Assembly: GCA_964372275.1 (NCBI GenBank)
Contig: CAYJRR010000017.1
Span: 1 to 48,475, forward strand
Reading direction: 5' to 3'
DNA from: an uncultured bacterium
GTDB lineage: Bacteria; CAYJRR01
DNA: 48,475 nt
In this document: positions 37,365 through 45,985 of the stretch, one piece after another
Layout: every line of letters starts with the position of its first letter
Numbering within the stretch: the first letter of the stretch is position 1
The notes under the pieces: model-generated
What the model was told of the DNA's origin: nothing
What the model saw: only the letters and a program-made list of their open reading frames with translations
Databases searched by the model: none
Program-made: the position numbers and the translations under genes

Positions 37365-39383
37365 TCACGACCGCGGCGTCTTCACCTCGGCGAGGACCGT
37401 CATCTCCGGATCCCAGGTCGTCGTCGCGATCTCGAAGTCGACCTCGACTTCGATCTCCGTCCCCTCGACGACCTCGACCGTCTTCGTCCGGCCCTCCGGT
37501 CCCGTCAGCAGCAGCGGCACCGTGAGCCCCTTCGCCCCTTCGTTCCTCGCGGCGAGCGCGACGCGCGCGCGACCGCCCCGCAGCTCGACCGTGCCGTCGA
37601 GGGCGGGGAGTTCGTCGATCGCGTTCCAACGCGCGAACCAAGACTCAAGGTCGACCCCCGATTCGCGCTTCACGTGCCGCAGGAAGCCGGCGGTGGAGAC
37701 CGGCTCGAAACGGTGGGCGCGATACCAGCTCCGGAGCACGTCGTCGAAGCGCTCGGTCCCGAGCTTCACCTCGATCATCCGCAGCATCCACGCCCCCATC
37801 TCGTAGGGGATCGCGTCGAAGAAGGTGTGCACGTCGGTGCCGTCGGCCGGTCGGAGCGGGTGCGGACCCGCGCGAAGTTGCGCCTTCACCGCCGAGCGAC
37901 CGGCCCGGAGGAGCTTGCGGTAGGCCTTCTCGCCGTGCGCGTGGCGGTAGTAGCGCCAGGTGGCGTAGTCGGTGAACCCTTCGCTCATCCAGAACTCCGG
38001 CCAGGAGGCGATGCGCAGGTTGTCGCCGAACCAATGGTGCGCCACCTCGTGCGCCGCCGTCTCCTCGGCGCTCGCCGGATCCCGGGCCGCGTCGAGCATC
38101 ACCGCCACGGCGGTGGCGTGCTCCATCCCCCCCATCCCTCCGGCATCGAGCTCGACGATGCTCATCGATTCGCCGAACTCGTAGGCCCCGAGCCAGCTCG
38201 AGTAGAAGGCCAGCGCGGCGGCGGCGGCGGTGCGGTAGAGCGTCCGCGTCTCCGCCGAGACTTCGCGGCCGATGCCGTACCCGTGCAACAGCGCCACGTC
38301 GTGCCCACCATGCGCGGGCGGGACGGCGACCGACGCGTGCTCGAACTCGGGCGCGGAGTAGAAGGCGATGGCGTACGGCGGCGTCTCGCGGTCGAGGGTG
38401 AAGACGTTCCCCTCGCGCCGCCCGGTCGCCACCACCGCTCGTTGGTCGCAGGCCACGACCTCGACCGACGAACGGACGCCGTCCGACGGGTCGGGATTCG
38501 ACGGGAAGAGCGAGCCGGTGAAGTACGGCCAGGTCATCGTCCAGATCCGACCGCTCCGCCGATCGCGCACCAGCCCGTGACCCGACCGCTCGTTCGTGGC
38601 GCGGACCCGGTAGCCGATCTCCAGCCGCCGGGCGCCGGGGGCCTCGATCGTGAGCCGTCCGTCGGCGACCGAATGCCGCGCGGCGCGGCCGTCGGCCGTG
38701 ACCGAGAGGATCTCGAGTCGGTCGGGATCGGCTTCGAGGCGGGCCACCGCCGGCAGCGGCCCCTCCGCGTCGATCCGCGCGAACGCCTCGACGAGGTCGT
38801 CGGCGCCGCACAGGTCGAATCGCAACGCGTATCGCTCGACGCGGATGTCGGCGGGCGGAACGGCCCTCCCGAGCGCCGCCTCGAGATCGGGGGGGAGCGC
38901 GGCCGATCCGTGGAGCCGGACGAGGAGCGCGCGGGCGCGGTCGACCTCGTCCCGGTCGAGCTCGTGGTCGTGGCGGACCAGGTCGAGCAGCGCCGACCCG
39001 ATCGCCTGGATCGGGGCCGGAAGCGCCATTCCCGCGAGCGCGATCGGATAGAGCTCGGTCTCGGTGAGCCGTCCGCCGCCGGAAAGGGCGCGCGCGAAGG
39101 CGTCGAGCAGCGCGCGTTCCGGGGGCGGCTCGTCCACGTCCGGTGGCGGCGGGACCGCGCCGCCCGCCGCCGCCGCCTCGGCGATCGACGCCCCGACCTC
39201 GGCCACCGCCTCCGATCCCGGCGCGCAGTCGCCGTCGGCCGCCGCCGCAGCCGCGGCGTGGGGGGACGCGGCCGCGCGGTCGGCCACGCCGATCGTCAGC
39301 GCCGCGAAGGCGACGACGAGACCGGCGCCCGCCCACGCCGCGGGGCACGATCGTACGAGACGGTCCAGGGTCGACGCGCGCAC
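37365..39383 (-). CDS. M1 family aminopeptidase with N-terminal extension
   Basis: GGMEH, HEVAH-x18-E (FWMSEG), YEMGAWMLRM; start uncertain. Confidence 0.9.
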   Translation of the reverse strand: MRASTLDRLVRSCPAAWAGAGLVVAFAALTIGVADRAAASPHAAAAAAADGDCAPGSEAVAEVGASIAEAAAAGGAVPPPPDVDEPPPERALLDAFARALSGGGRLTETELYPIALAGMALPAPIQAIGSALLDLVRHDHELDRDEVDRARALLVRLHGSAALPPDLEAALGRAVPPADIRVERYALRFDLCGADDLVEAFARIDAEGPLPAVARLEADPDRLEILSVTADGRAARHSVADGRLTIEAPGARRLEIGYRVRATNERSGHGLVRDRRSGRIWTMTWPYFTGSLFPSNPDPSDGVRSSVEVVACDQRAVVATGRREGNVFTLDRETPPYAIAFYSAPEFEHASVAVPPAHGGHDVALLHGYGIGREVSAETRTLYRTAAAAALAFYSSWLGAYEFGESMSIVELDAGGMGGMEHATAVAVMLDAARDPASAEETAAHEVAHHWFGDNLRIASWPEFWMSEGFTDYATWRYYRHAHGEKAYRKLLRAGRSAVKAQLRAGPHPLRPADGTDVHTFFDAIPYEMGAWMLRMIEVKLGTERFDDVLRSWYRAHRFEPVSTAGFLRHVKRESGVDLESWFARWNAIDELPALDGTVELRGGRARVALAARNEGAKGLTVPLLLTGPEGRTKTVEVVEGTEIEVEVDFEIATTTWDPEMTVLAEVKTPRS

Positions 39384-39397
39384 GGGGGCGGCGGCTC

Positions 39398-39412
39398 GCA
39401 ACAAACGTGCCC
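39398..39412 (-). promoter_or_regulatory. Putative sigma54 promoter of the M1 peptidase gene
   Basis: Minus strand GGGCAC-GTTTG-TTGC (GG-N10-GC). Confidence 0.6.
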
Positions 39413-39449
39413 CGAACCATCCGCCGACCAGGAGCCCTTCATGATTAAA

Positions 39450-39462
39450 TATCAAATGGTTG
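39450..39462 (+). promoter_or_regulatory. IHF binding site
   Basis: TATCAA-ATGG-TTG is an exact match to WATCAANNNNTTR, inside a short AT-rich island about 40 bp upstream of the sigma54 -24 box. Confidence 0.65.
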
Positions 39463-39684
39463 CGACTTTTTTCGAATGCGTTTCTGTAGCCGAGCGCGGG
39501 GCGTCGGCGTCCACGTCGTCCCAGGTCTGTCCCCGGCGCCGGAGCTCGGCGCGGGTCCCGCCCGAAGCCCGGACGGCGCACGGCGTCCTGGCAGTCGCAC
39601 CGGCCATCGTGCGGAACGGTCACGAATGGCATCCCTTCCGCCACCCGTCCCGTCGATTCGCGCCGATTCCCTCGCGGCGTCGCG

Positions 39685-39700
39685 AGGAATGCCTCTTGCT
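39685..39700 (+). promoter_or_regulatory. Putative sigma54 promoter of the DUF1501 operon
   Basis: AGGAAT-GCCTC-TTGCT (GG-N10-GC); weaker -24 box. Confidence 0.45.
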
Positions 39701-39781
39701 ACATCGTTCGATCCACCCGCGGAAAGGTGACCGATTCGGGGGTGGCGCGTTCTACAGTACGTACGTCGGGTCGGAGGGGCC

Positions 39782-41320
39782 GTGAAGCGGCGAGATTTCC
39801 TCAAGCTGTCGGGGGCGGCCGGCGCGTCGGTCTCCTCCGGCTTGCTCGCCCGCCGTGCCCACGCCGCGCCCTTCGGCGAGTTCCCCACCTCCGCCGCCTC
39901 GCTCCTCCTCCCGCCCGAACGGCGCGCGACGCAGGTGCTGGAGATCTTCCTCTACGGGGGGCTGTCCTGCTGGGAGTCGCTCTACCTCGTCGACGACTAC
40001 GGCCAACCGACCGACCCGCAGTATCCGAACCAGCAGTTCTACACCTTCTCCGGAACCGGACCCGACAGCGTCTCGGCGGCGCGGTCGGCGTGCGGCATCG
40101 CGCCGCAGGAGCCGAACGGCGTCGACTTCGCGACCGACAGCCTCGGCAAGACGGTGGCGCTCGGGCCCTTCGCGCTGCCGCTCCGCAACCGCGCCGACCT
40201 CGTCGCCCGGATGCGGCTGATCGTGCAGCGTCACAACCTCGAGCCGCACGAAGCGGCGGTGCCGCTGGCGCTCACCGGGAAGCCGGTCGGTCACCCGTCG
40301 CTCGCCGGTCTCGGAAGCCACATCCAGCGCTACTTCCTCGACCGCGACACGACCGGACGGAAGTCCCCGTTCAGCTACGTCTTCGCCACCGGCGGGCTTC
40401 CCGGCGACAACGTCGCGGCGGCGGCGGCGACCGGGCTCCACCCGGGGATCGTCCGCCCGCTGATGATCAAGGTCGACAATGCGGCGCGCCTCTACGAGCT
40501 GCTCGAACGAGGCGCGCTCGGAACGGCGCAGGACCGCGCCCGCTACGACGCGCTGGTCGCCGTGCACGGCGAGCTGTTCCGGCGGCGCCTGCGCTTCGAC
40601 GGCCGCGGAGACGCGCTGCGCAGCCGCCGCTTCTCCAACCTCTCGCAGGCGGCGTCCGCCGTCGCCAACGCCGACAGCGTCGCCTCGGTGTTGGACCCGT
40701 CGCTGTTCCTCGCGCAGCCGGCAACCGTCTGCGGCGATTCGAAGTCGTCCGGGAACATCCCCGCGATGAGCCTGAAGACGGCGGCGCACCTGCTCACCCA
40801 CCCCACCGAGCCGGCCCGCTACGTCTGCGTCTCCGACACCGGCCTCTACGAGGCCTCCGGCGGCGGCGGGTACGACACCCACACCGACAACTCCCACGAC
40901 ACCGCGCGCAACCTGGTCAACGTGCTGCAGGAGCTGGCGGCGGTGGTGAACGAGCCGGGCGAGCTCGATCCGGACAAGATCGACCTCGACCGGACGCTGA
41001 TCGTCCTCAACACCGAGTTCGGCCGGACGCCGACGCGGCAGGGGGGCGGCAATGGACGCAATCATCATCCCTACGGCTACGTTTCGGCGTTGATCGGCGG
41101 TCCGATCGGCGAAGCGCAAAAGGGGATCCACGGCGCGATCGGACCCGACGGACGCGCCTCCACCTGGATGACGCCGGCCGAGGCGCGGATCGCGGCGCTC
41201 CTGGCGATGGGGATCTGGCCCTTCTCCCCCGAGGCGTTCTTCGTCTCCGACGTGCAAGGGGTGTCGACCGAGCCCGACGCCGCCGCCAGCGTCCTCGATC
41301 GCGCGCTGGGGGGGCTGTAG
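39782..41320 (+). CDS. DUF1501 domain protein with Tat signal
   Basis: MKRRDFLK, IFLYGGLS, GGYDTH, TEFGRTP, GRNHHP. Confidence 0.88.
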   Translation: MKRRDFLKLSGAAGASVSSGLLARRAHAAPFGEFPTSAASLLLPPERRATQVLEIFLYGGLSCWESLYLVDDYGQPTDPQYPNQQFYTFSGTGPDSVSAARSACGIAPQEPNGVDFATDSLGKTVALGPFALPLRNRADLVARMRLIVQRHNLEPHEAAVPLALTGKPVGHPSLAGLGSHIQRYFLDRDTTGRKSPFSYVFATGGLPGDNVAAAAATGLHPGIVRPLMIKVDNAARLYELLERGALGTAQDRARYDALVAVHGELFRRRLRFDGRGDALRSRRFSNLSQAASAVANADSVASVLDPSLFLAQPATVCGDSKSSGNIPAMSLKTAAHLLTHPTEPARYVCVSDTGLYEASGGGGYDTHTDNSHDTARNLVNVLQELAAVVNEPGELDPDKIDLDRTLIVLNTEFGRTPTRQGGGNGRNHHPYGYVSALIGGPIGEAQKGIHGAIGPDGRASTWMTPAEARIAALLAMGIWPFSPEAFFVSDVQGVSTEPDAAASVLDRALGGL

Positions 41321-41321
41321 C

Positions 41322-43199
41322 ATGTCGGGCTGGCGCCGCGGGCTCGCTCTCGCGCTGTTCCCGGCGATCGCCGGCTGCGCCGGCGGGTGCGAAGAGAAGC
41401 GCGACCGCGACGACGGAAGCCTCCTCGAGTGCCAAGCGTCGATGCCGGCGTTCGTCCGCAACGCCCACCTCGCGATCCTGGGTTCCCGGCCGCTCGGGGC
41501 CGCGGAGGTGAGCGACTACCTGCTGCTCGCGAGCGGAGGGGACGCCGCCGCCGCGCGGACCGCCGTCGTGGAGGCCCTGTTCGAGCGCGACGAGTTCGTC
41601 GACCGCTGGACCGACCACCTGATGGACGCGCTGCGGGTGCAGCGGATCGACGACCAGGAAATGTCCCCCTGTTACGCCCAGGAGCTGCGCGCCGACGACG
41701 ACGGCGCGCTCGCGCGGCACGTGCGGGACACCTTCGCCACCGACGAAGGGGACGGCCTCGGCGAGTTCACGATGCGCGACCTCCTCGAGTCGGCGATCCG
41801 CGGCGACGACCTCTCCACCGCCTACCGCGCCCATCTCTTCCCGATGGTCGCCTACACCACCGCGGCGGCGAACGTCGACACGGTCGAAGCGGAGCTGGCG
41901 CGCCGCGAGGACTACGGCGCCGTCTTCGACGCCGCCTACCTGAATCGGGACCTGGTCTGCCTCGGCTGCCACAACAGCGAGTCGTCGGTCACCTTCTCCG
42001 AGAACGACGCCGAGAACCGCCATTGGCCGCTGCCCGGCCATTTCGAGAAGTCGCTCTTCGGAGCCTCGACCGGGGTGGAGCCGGAGCGCGCCCACGCCGT
42101 CTTCCGCTACGACGGGTTCGTGCGGAACTTCGGCGAGCGCCCCTGGGGCTGGGCCCCCGAGTGCGGCGACTACGATCCGGTGCCGAACGACCTCGATCCG
42201 GCCGGCATCGACGCCAAGTTCGGCGCGATCACCGGACAGCGGGTGACGGTCTACGACCTCGAAGCATCGCTCAAACGCGGGGTCGACGCCCTCGCGTCCA
42301 ACGGACTGCGGATCTCCCCCGCCGGCGAGATCGACGATCCCGACCAGGCGTTCGCCTACCTCGTCGGCGCGACTGTGGCCGAGGGGGTGTGGGAGGAGGT
42401 GATCGGTTCGCCGCTGACGATCGCCAACTACTTCCCGCGGAACGAAGCGTCGCGGGACGTGCTCCGCTCGATCACCGACACCTTCGTCCGCAGCCACTTC
42501 TCGCTCAAGGCGCTGCTCGCCGAGATCGTCGCCAGTCCCTACTTCTCGCGGAGCGCCCCGGAGAACGGCTGCGGCGCCGCGTACGACCTGCCGAACGTGT
42601 ACGACCCGTGGGTGGTCGGCGAGGACGACCCGGAGTTGCGGCACAACGGCACCGCCGACGGCGTCGCCGACCTCTCCGGCCGGACGCTGGTGCGGTCGGT
42701 CTACCGCGCGCTGGAGTGGAACCTGCCGACGCACTGGACCTTCCCCAACGGATCCGAGACCGAGTTCCAGCGCGGAATCGGCCTCTACCTGAAGAACGGC
42801 GAGCCCGGCTTCCGCGGGCTCGACTTCCAGGCGCGCCTCACCTGGGAGGACCGATTCGGCGCGTGCCAGAAACCGTCCGGCGCCGCCGACTTCGTCGACC
42901 GGCTCACCGATCCGGCCGCGTTGCAGGGCGGCGCGACGGTGAAGGACGTGGTGATCGCGCTGAAGGACCGGATCCTGAACGACGCGCGGCTCGACGAGCT
43001 CCCGGTCGCCGACGGCGGCAGCGGCGAGGCCGAGGCGGTCGAAGCACTGGTGGGCTCGAGCCTCGAGGATCCCGCGTCGGGCGTTTCGGGTCTCGAATCC
43101 AGGGTGCGCAAGCTGTGCGGCGCCTACCTCTCCACTCCCCAGTTCCTTCTCGGGGGCCTGGCCCACGATCGGGTCGACCCCGTCCCCGCCGTGCCGTAG
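41322..43199 (+). CDS. Lipoprotein with a c-type heme motif, DUF1549/DUF1553(PSD)-like partner of DUF1501
   Basis: Lipobox IAG-C; FVRNAHLAILGSRP..VVEALF..FVDRW; CLGCH; FVRSHFSLKALLAEIVASPYF; 1 nt after the upstream stop. Confidence 0.75.
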   Translation: MSGWRRGLALALFPAIAGCAGGCEEKRDRDDGSLLECQASMPAFVRNAHLAILGSRPLGAAEVSDYLLLASGGDAAAARTAVVEALFERDEFVDRWTDHLMDALRVQRIDDQEMSPCYAQELRADDDGALARHVRDTFATDEGDGLGEFTMRDLLESAIRGDDLSTAYRAHLFPMVAYTTAAANVDTVEAELARREDYGAVFDAAYLNRDLVCLGCHNSESSVTFSENDAENRHWPLPGHFEKSLFGASTGVEPERAHAVFRYDGFVRNFGERPWGWAPECGDYDPVPNDLDPAGIDAKFGAITGQRVTVYDLEASLKRGVDALASNGLRISPAGEIDDPDQAFAYLVGATVAEGVWEEVIGSPLTIANYFPRNEASRDVLRSITDTFVRSHFSLKALLAEIVASPYFSRSAPENGCGAAYDLPNVYDPWVVGEDDPELRHNGTADGVADLSGRTLVRSVYRALEWNLPTHWTFPNGSETEFQRGIGLYLKNGEPGFRGLDFQARLTWEDRFGACQKPSGAADFVDRLTDPAALQGGATVKDVVIALKDRILNDARLDELPVADGGSGEAEAVEALVGSSLEDPASGVSGLESRVRKLCGAYLSTPQFLLGGLAHDRVDPVPAVP

Positions 43200-43231
43200 C
43201 CCGGAGAGCGTCGTTGACCTCCTCCAGGCGG

Positions 43232-44038
43232 TCAGGGGAGCGCGGGACCGGCGGCGCCCCAGACGGTCGCCGGACCGCCGGTGAAGGTTCCGAGGATCGT
43301 CGCCTGGCCCGTCGTTTCGTCGACGCGCGCCAGGCGCGGAGGATAGGCGGCGAGCAGCGCATAGAGCTCGCCGTCGCAGCCGTAGTCCAGGCCGTATGCC
43401 TGCGGCGATCCGAGATCCCCCACCGTCTCGACCGATCCGGCGGCGGTGTCGAAGGCCACGAGCTGGTCGTTGGCGTTTGATCCTTGGGCGGCGAACGCGC
43501 GCGTCGCGCTGACGGCGGCGATGTCGCCGGAGAACCAGCCGGCGGGGAGGGAGCCCCAGCTTTCCTGTGCGCCGGTCCCGAGATCGACCGCCACCATCTG
43601 GTTCCCGCCACCGACGAGCAGCCGTCCGTCCGGCAGCGAGTCGAGCGAGTTCATCCCGGCGACCCAGGCGCCGGCGTCGATGATCGTGGCGGCGCCGGTC
43701 GACGGATTGACCTGGTAGGTGTTCGAGAAGCTGATCCCGATCAACCCATTCGCGGGGGTGATCGCGATGTCGGTGAGGCCGGGGATGCCGGTCGGGCCGA
43801 CGACGGTTGCGGAGACCGTCTCCGGGTCGATCACCCACAAGCTGCTGTCGGAGTCGACCGCATAGAACATGCAGGGTTCCGGCGTGGCGGTCGGCGAGGG
43901 CTCCGGCGTCGGCTCGTCGCTCGGGGTCGGCGACGGCGTCTCGAACGCCGGGTCGGATTCGCCGACGATCGAGCTGTCATTGCAGCCGATCGAAAGGCCG
44001 CCGAGCAGAACGGCCATCCGTGCGGGTCGAAGGTCCAT
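43232..44038 (-). CDS. Beta-propeller lipoprotein
   Basis: LSIG-C, PT-rich linker, repeated blades (LWVIDPET, LTDIAITP, VAVDLGTG, VAFDTAAG, ARVDETTG). Confidence 0.8.
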   Translation of the reverse strand: MDLRPARMAVLLGGLSIGCNDSSIVGESDPAFETPSPTPSDEPTPEPSPTATPEPCMFYAVDSDSSLWVIDPETVSATVVGPTGIPGLTDIAITPANGLIGISFSNTYQVNPSTGAATIIDAGAWVAGMNSLDSLPDGRLLVGGGNQMVAVDLGTGAQESWGSLPAGWFSGDIAAVSATRAFAAQGSNANDQLVAFDTAAGSVETVGDLGSPQAYGLDYGCDGELYALLAAYPPRLARVDETTGQATILGTFTGGPATVWGAAGPALP

Positions 44039-44151
44039 CGGCCCCCCTCTCGAAGAGGGGCGCACCGTAGCACACTCGACATGAATGAACAATCACTCAC
44101 GAGCGCCCGGAACCTCCGTTCGCAATTTCGGGTTCACCGTTCCGTACCGCC

Positions 44152-45048
44152 CTACGAGCAGCCGCCCGACGGGTCGACGTTGCCGTGGGCGTCTCCGAAC
44201 GTGTCGCCGTACATCGTGCCGTGGAGATCGCCGTAGCGATCACCGAACTGATCGCCGTAGAAATCGCCGTGCTGGTCTCCGTAGTGATCGCCGAAGAGGT
44301 TTCCGAAGCGGTTCCCGTAGAGAGTCCCGTGAAGGTCTCCGAACTGGTCGCCGTACAGGTCTCCGTGGATGTCTCCGTAGACGTCTCCGAACAGGTCGCC
44401 GTAGATGGCGCCGACGCCGTCCGGGCAATCGTCGCCGTCGATGTCGCCCCCGCCGGCGCTGCCGTCGCCGCCATCGCTGCCACCACCGCTCCCGTCGTCA
44501 CCGCCGCCACTCCCGTCGTCCCCGTCATCGCCGCCGTCCCCGCCGGTTCCGCCGTCGCCGTCACCGCCGTCCAGCACGCGGAAGTTGTCGGTCCGACTCT
44601 CCGACGGCTTGAAGCCGCTTTTCACCCCCGGCCCTGACGCCGGGTAGAGCTCCGCCTTCATCGCCCACGCCTTGTAGACGGTGTTCGGGCTGTTCCCGAA
44701 CGGCGCCAGCGCGAGGAGCTCGGTGAACTCTCCCCTCGACACCTCGACCGTCTTCAGTGGCAGCGGCGAGAGGAGCGTTTCGCCCGACGGATCGGTCACG
44801 CCGACGACGTAGGTCCCGTCCGGAAGCCCCGCCGCGCCGGGCTGCGCCGGCCCACCGTTCAGGTGCACCTCCGATCTGTTCGAGAAGGTGTTCTCCTGCA
44901 CGCGGCTTCCGCTGCCGTCCGTGACGAAGATCGCCCCTTGCAGTTGAATCGCCGACCCGAGCCCCGACAGCGGATCGAATCCGGCGCACCCGACGACGAT
45001 GACGCCACCCGAAAGAACGGCCCAGACCGCTCCGACGATCGCGCGCAT
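44152..45048 (-). CDS. Lipoprotein with a Gly/Asp linker and C-terminal tetrapeptide-repeat domain
   Basis: RBS GAGGTG; MRAIVGAVWAVLSGGVIVVG-C; globular domain GAIFVTD..SRTDNFRV; GD-rich linker; 19 x [YFH]G[DNT]x. Confidence 0.85.
   Translation of the reverse strand: MRAIVGAVWAVLSGGVIVVGCAGFDPLSGLGSAIQLQGAIFVTDGSGSRVQENTFSNRSEVHLNGGPAQPGAAGLPDGTYVVGVTDPSGETLLSPLPLKTVEVSRGEFTELLALAPFGNSPNTVYKAWAMKAELYPASGPGVKSGFKPSESRTDNFRVLDGGDGDGGTGGDGGDDGDDGSGGGDDGSGGGSDGGDGSAGGGDIDGDDCPDGVGAIYGDLFGDVYGDIHGDLYGDQFGDLHGTLYGNRFGNLFGDHYGDQHGDFYGDQFGDRYGDLHGTMYGDTFGDAHGNVDPSGGCS
44176..44403 (-). repeat. 12-bp-period coding repeat (19 units)
   Basis: YGDL FGDV YGDI HGDL YGDQ FGDL HGTL YGNR FGNL FGDH YGDQ HGDF YGDQ FGDR YGDL HGTM YGDT FGDA HGNV; 228 nt. 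Confidence 0.95.
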
Positions 45049-45201
45049 GTTGGTCACCTCCCGTGCCCGGCAGGTCGACGATTCGACGGCCTGCACGCCG
45101 ACTTCATTCGGCCGGCCGAACCGGCTGTCGACGCAGAGAAATTCCCTTCGACGACCGGCGACGGTCGCCGTCCAGAGCGCGCGACGATAGACTTCGCGCG
45201 C

Positions 45202-45921
45202 GTGCGACGAGCGCTCCTGTTCACCGATGGCGCATGCTCCGGCAACCCCGGCCCCGGGGGATGGGCCGCGATCGTGCGCCTCCCCGACGGAACGGTCCGC
45301 GAGCTCGGCGGATGCGATCCGCGAACGACCAACAACCGGATGGAGTTGATCGCGACGATCGAGGGTTTGCGCGCGGTCGAGTCGCTGCCCGAGCTCCCGG
45401 TCGACCTCTACACCGATTCGACGTACGTCATCTCCGGAATCACGCAGTGGGTCCACGGCTGGAAGCGCAAGGGCTGGACGAAGGCCGACGGCGAACCGGT
45501 TCTGAACCGCGATCTGTGGGAGACGCTCGACCGCCTGAACGCCATGCGCCGCGGCGAAGGCGCGGTGGCGTGGCAGTTCGTCCGCGGGCACTCCGGCAAT
45601 CCCGGGAACGAGCGCTGCGATGCGATCTCGGTCGCCTTTTCCCGCGGCGACAGGCCACCGCTCTACCGCGGTCCGGAGACCGGGTACGACGTCGACCTGT
45701 CGATCGTCCCCGCCGCGGCCCCGCCCCCCGCGCTGCGCGCGAAGGAGCGACGCGCCCCATCGGGAAAACCGGTCTACCTGAGCTACCTCGACGGCCGCCT
45801 CGAGCGACACGCCACCTGGAACGAGTGCCAGGCGCGCGTCCGCGGACGCTCGAACGCCCGCTTCCGCAAGGTCACGAGTCCCGAGGAAGAGAAGGTCGTG
45901 CTGAAGAGTTGGGGACTCTAG
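45202..45921 (+). CDS. rnhA: Ribonuclease HI with a C-terminal hybrid-binding (Cauli_VI-like) domain
   Basis: FTDGACSGNPGPGGW, TTNNRMEL, YTDSTYV, VRGHSG..NERCD (D-E-D-D); C-terminal HATWNECQARVRGRSNARFRKV. Confidence 0.93.
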   Translation: MRRALLFTDGACSGNPGPGGWAAIVRLPDGTVRELGGCDPRTTNNRMELIATIEGLRAVESLPELPVDLYTDSTYVISGITQWVHGWKRKGWTKADGEPVLNRDLWETLDRLNAMRRGEGAVAWQFVRGHSGNPGNERCDAISVAFSRGDRPPLYRGPETGYDVDLSIVPAAAPPPALRAKERRAPSGKPVYLSYLDGRLERHATWNECQARVRGRSNARFRKVTSPEEEKVVLKSWGL

Positions 45922-45985
45922 CGGACCGGTCCCGCGAGCCGGGGGCTCCAAAGCGGGCGGACGCTGTGCTACCACTCCCCACTTC

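Noticed and set aside
44152-44403. Tetrapeptide repeat as a RiPP precursor
   Set aside because: No modifying enzymes adjacent, and the repeat is part of a lipoprotein rather than a short leader-core peptide.
44097-44637. Thr/Ser-rich and Val-rich repeat ORFs
   Set aside because: Alternative frames of the 12-bp repeat; only the xGDx frame connects to a lipoprotein signal and RBS.
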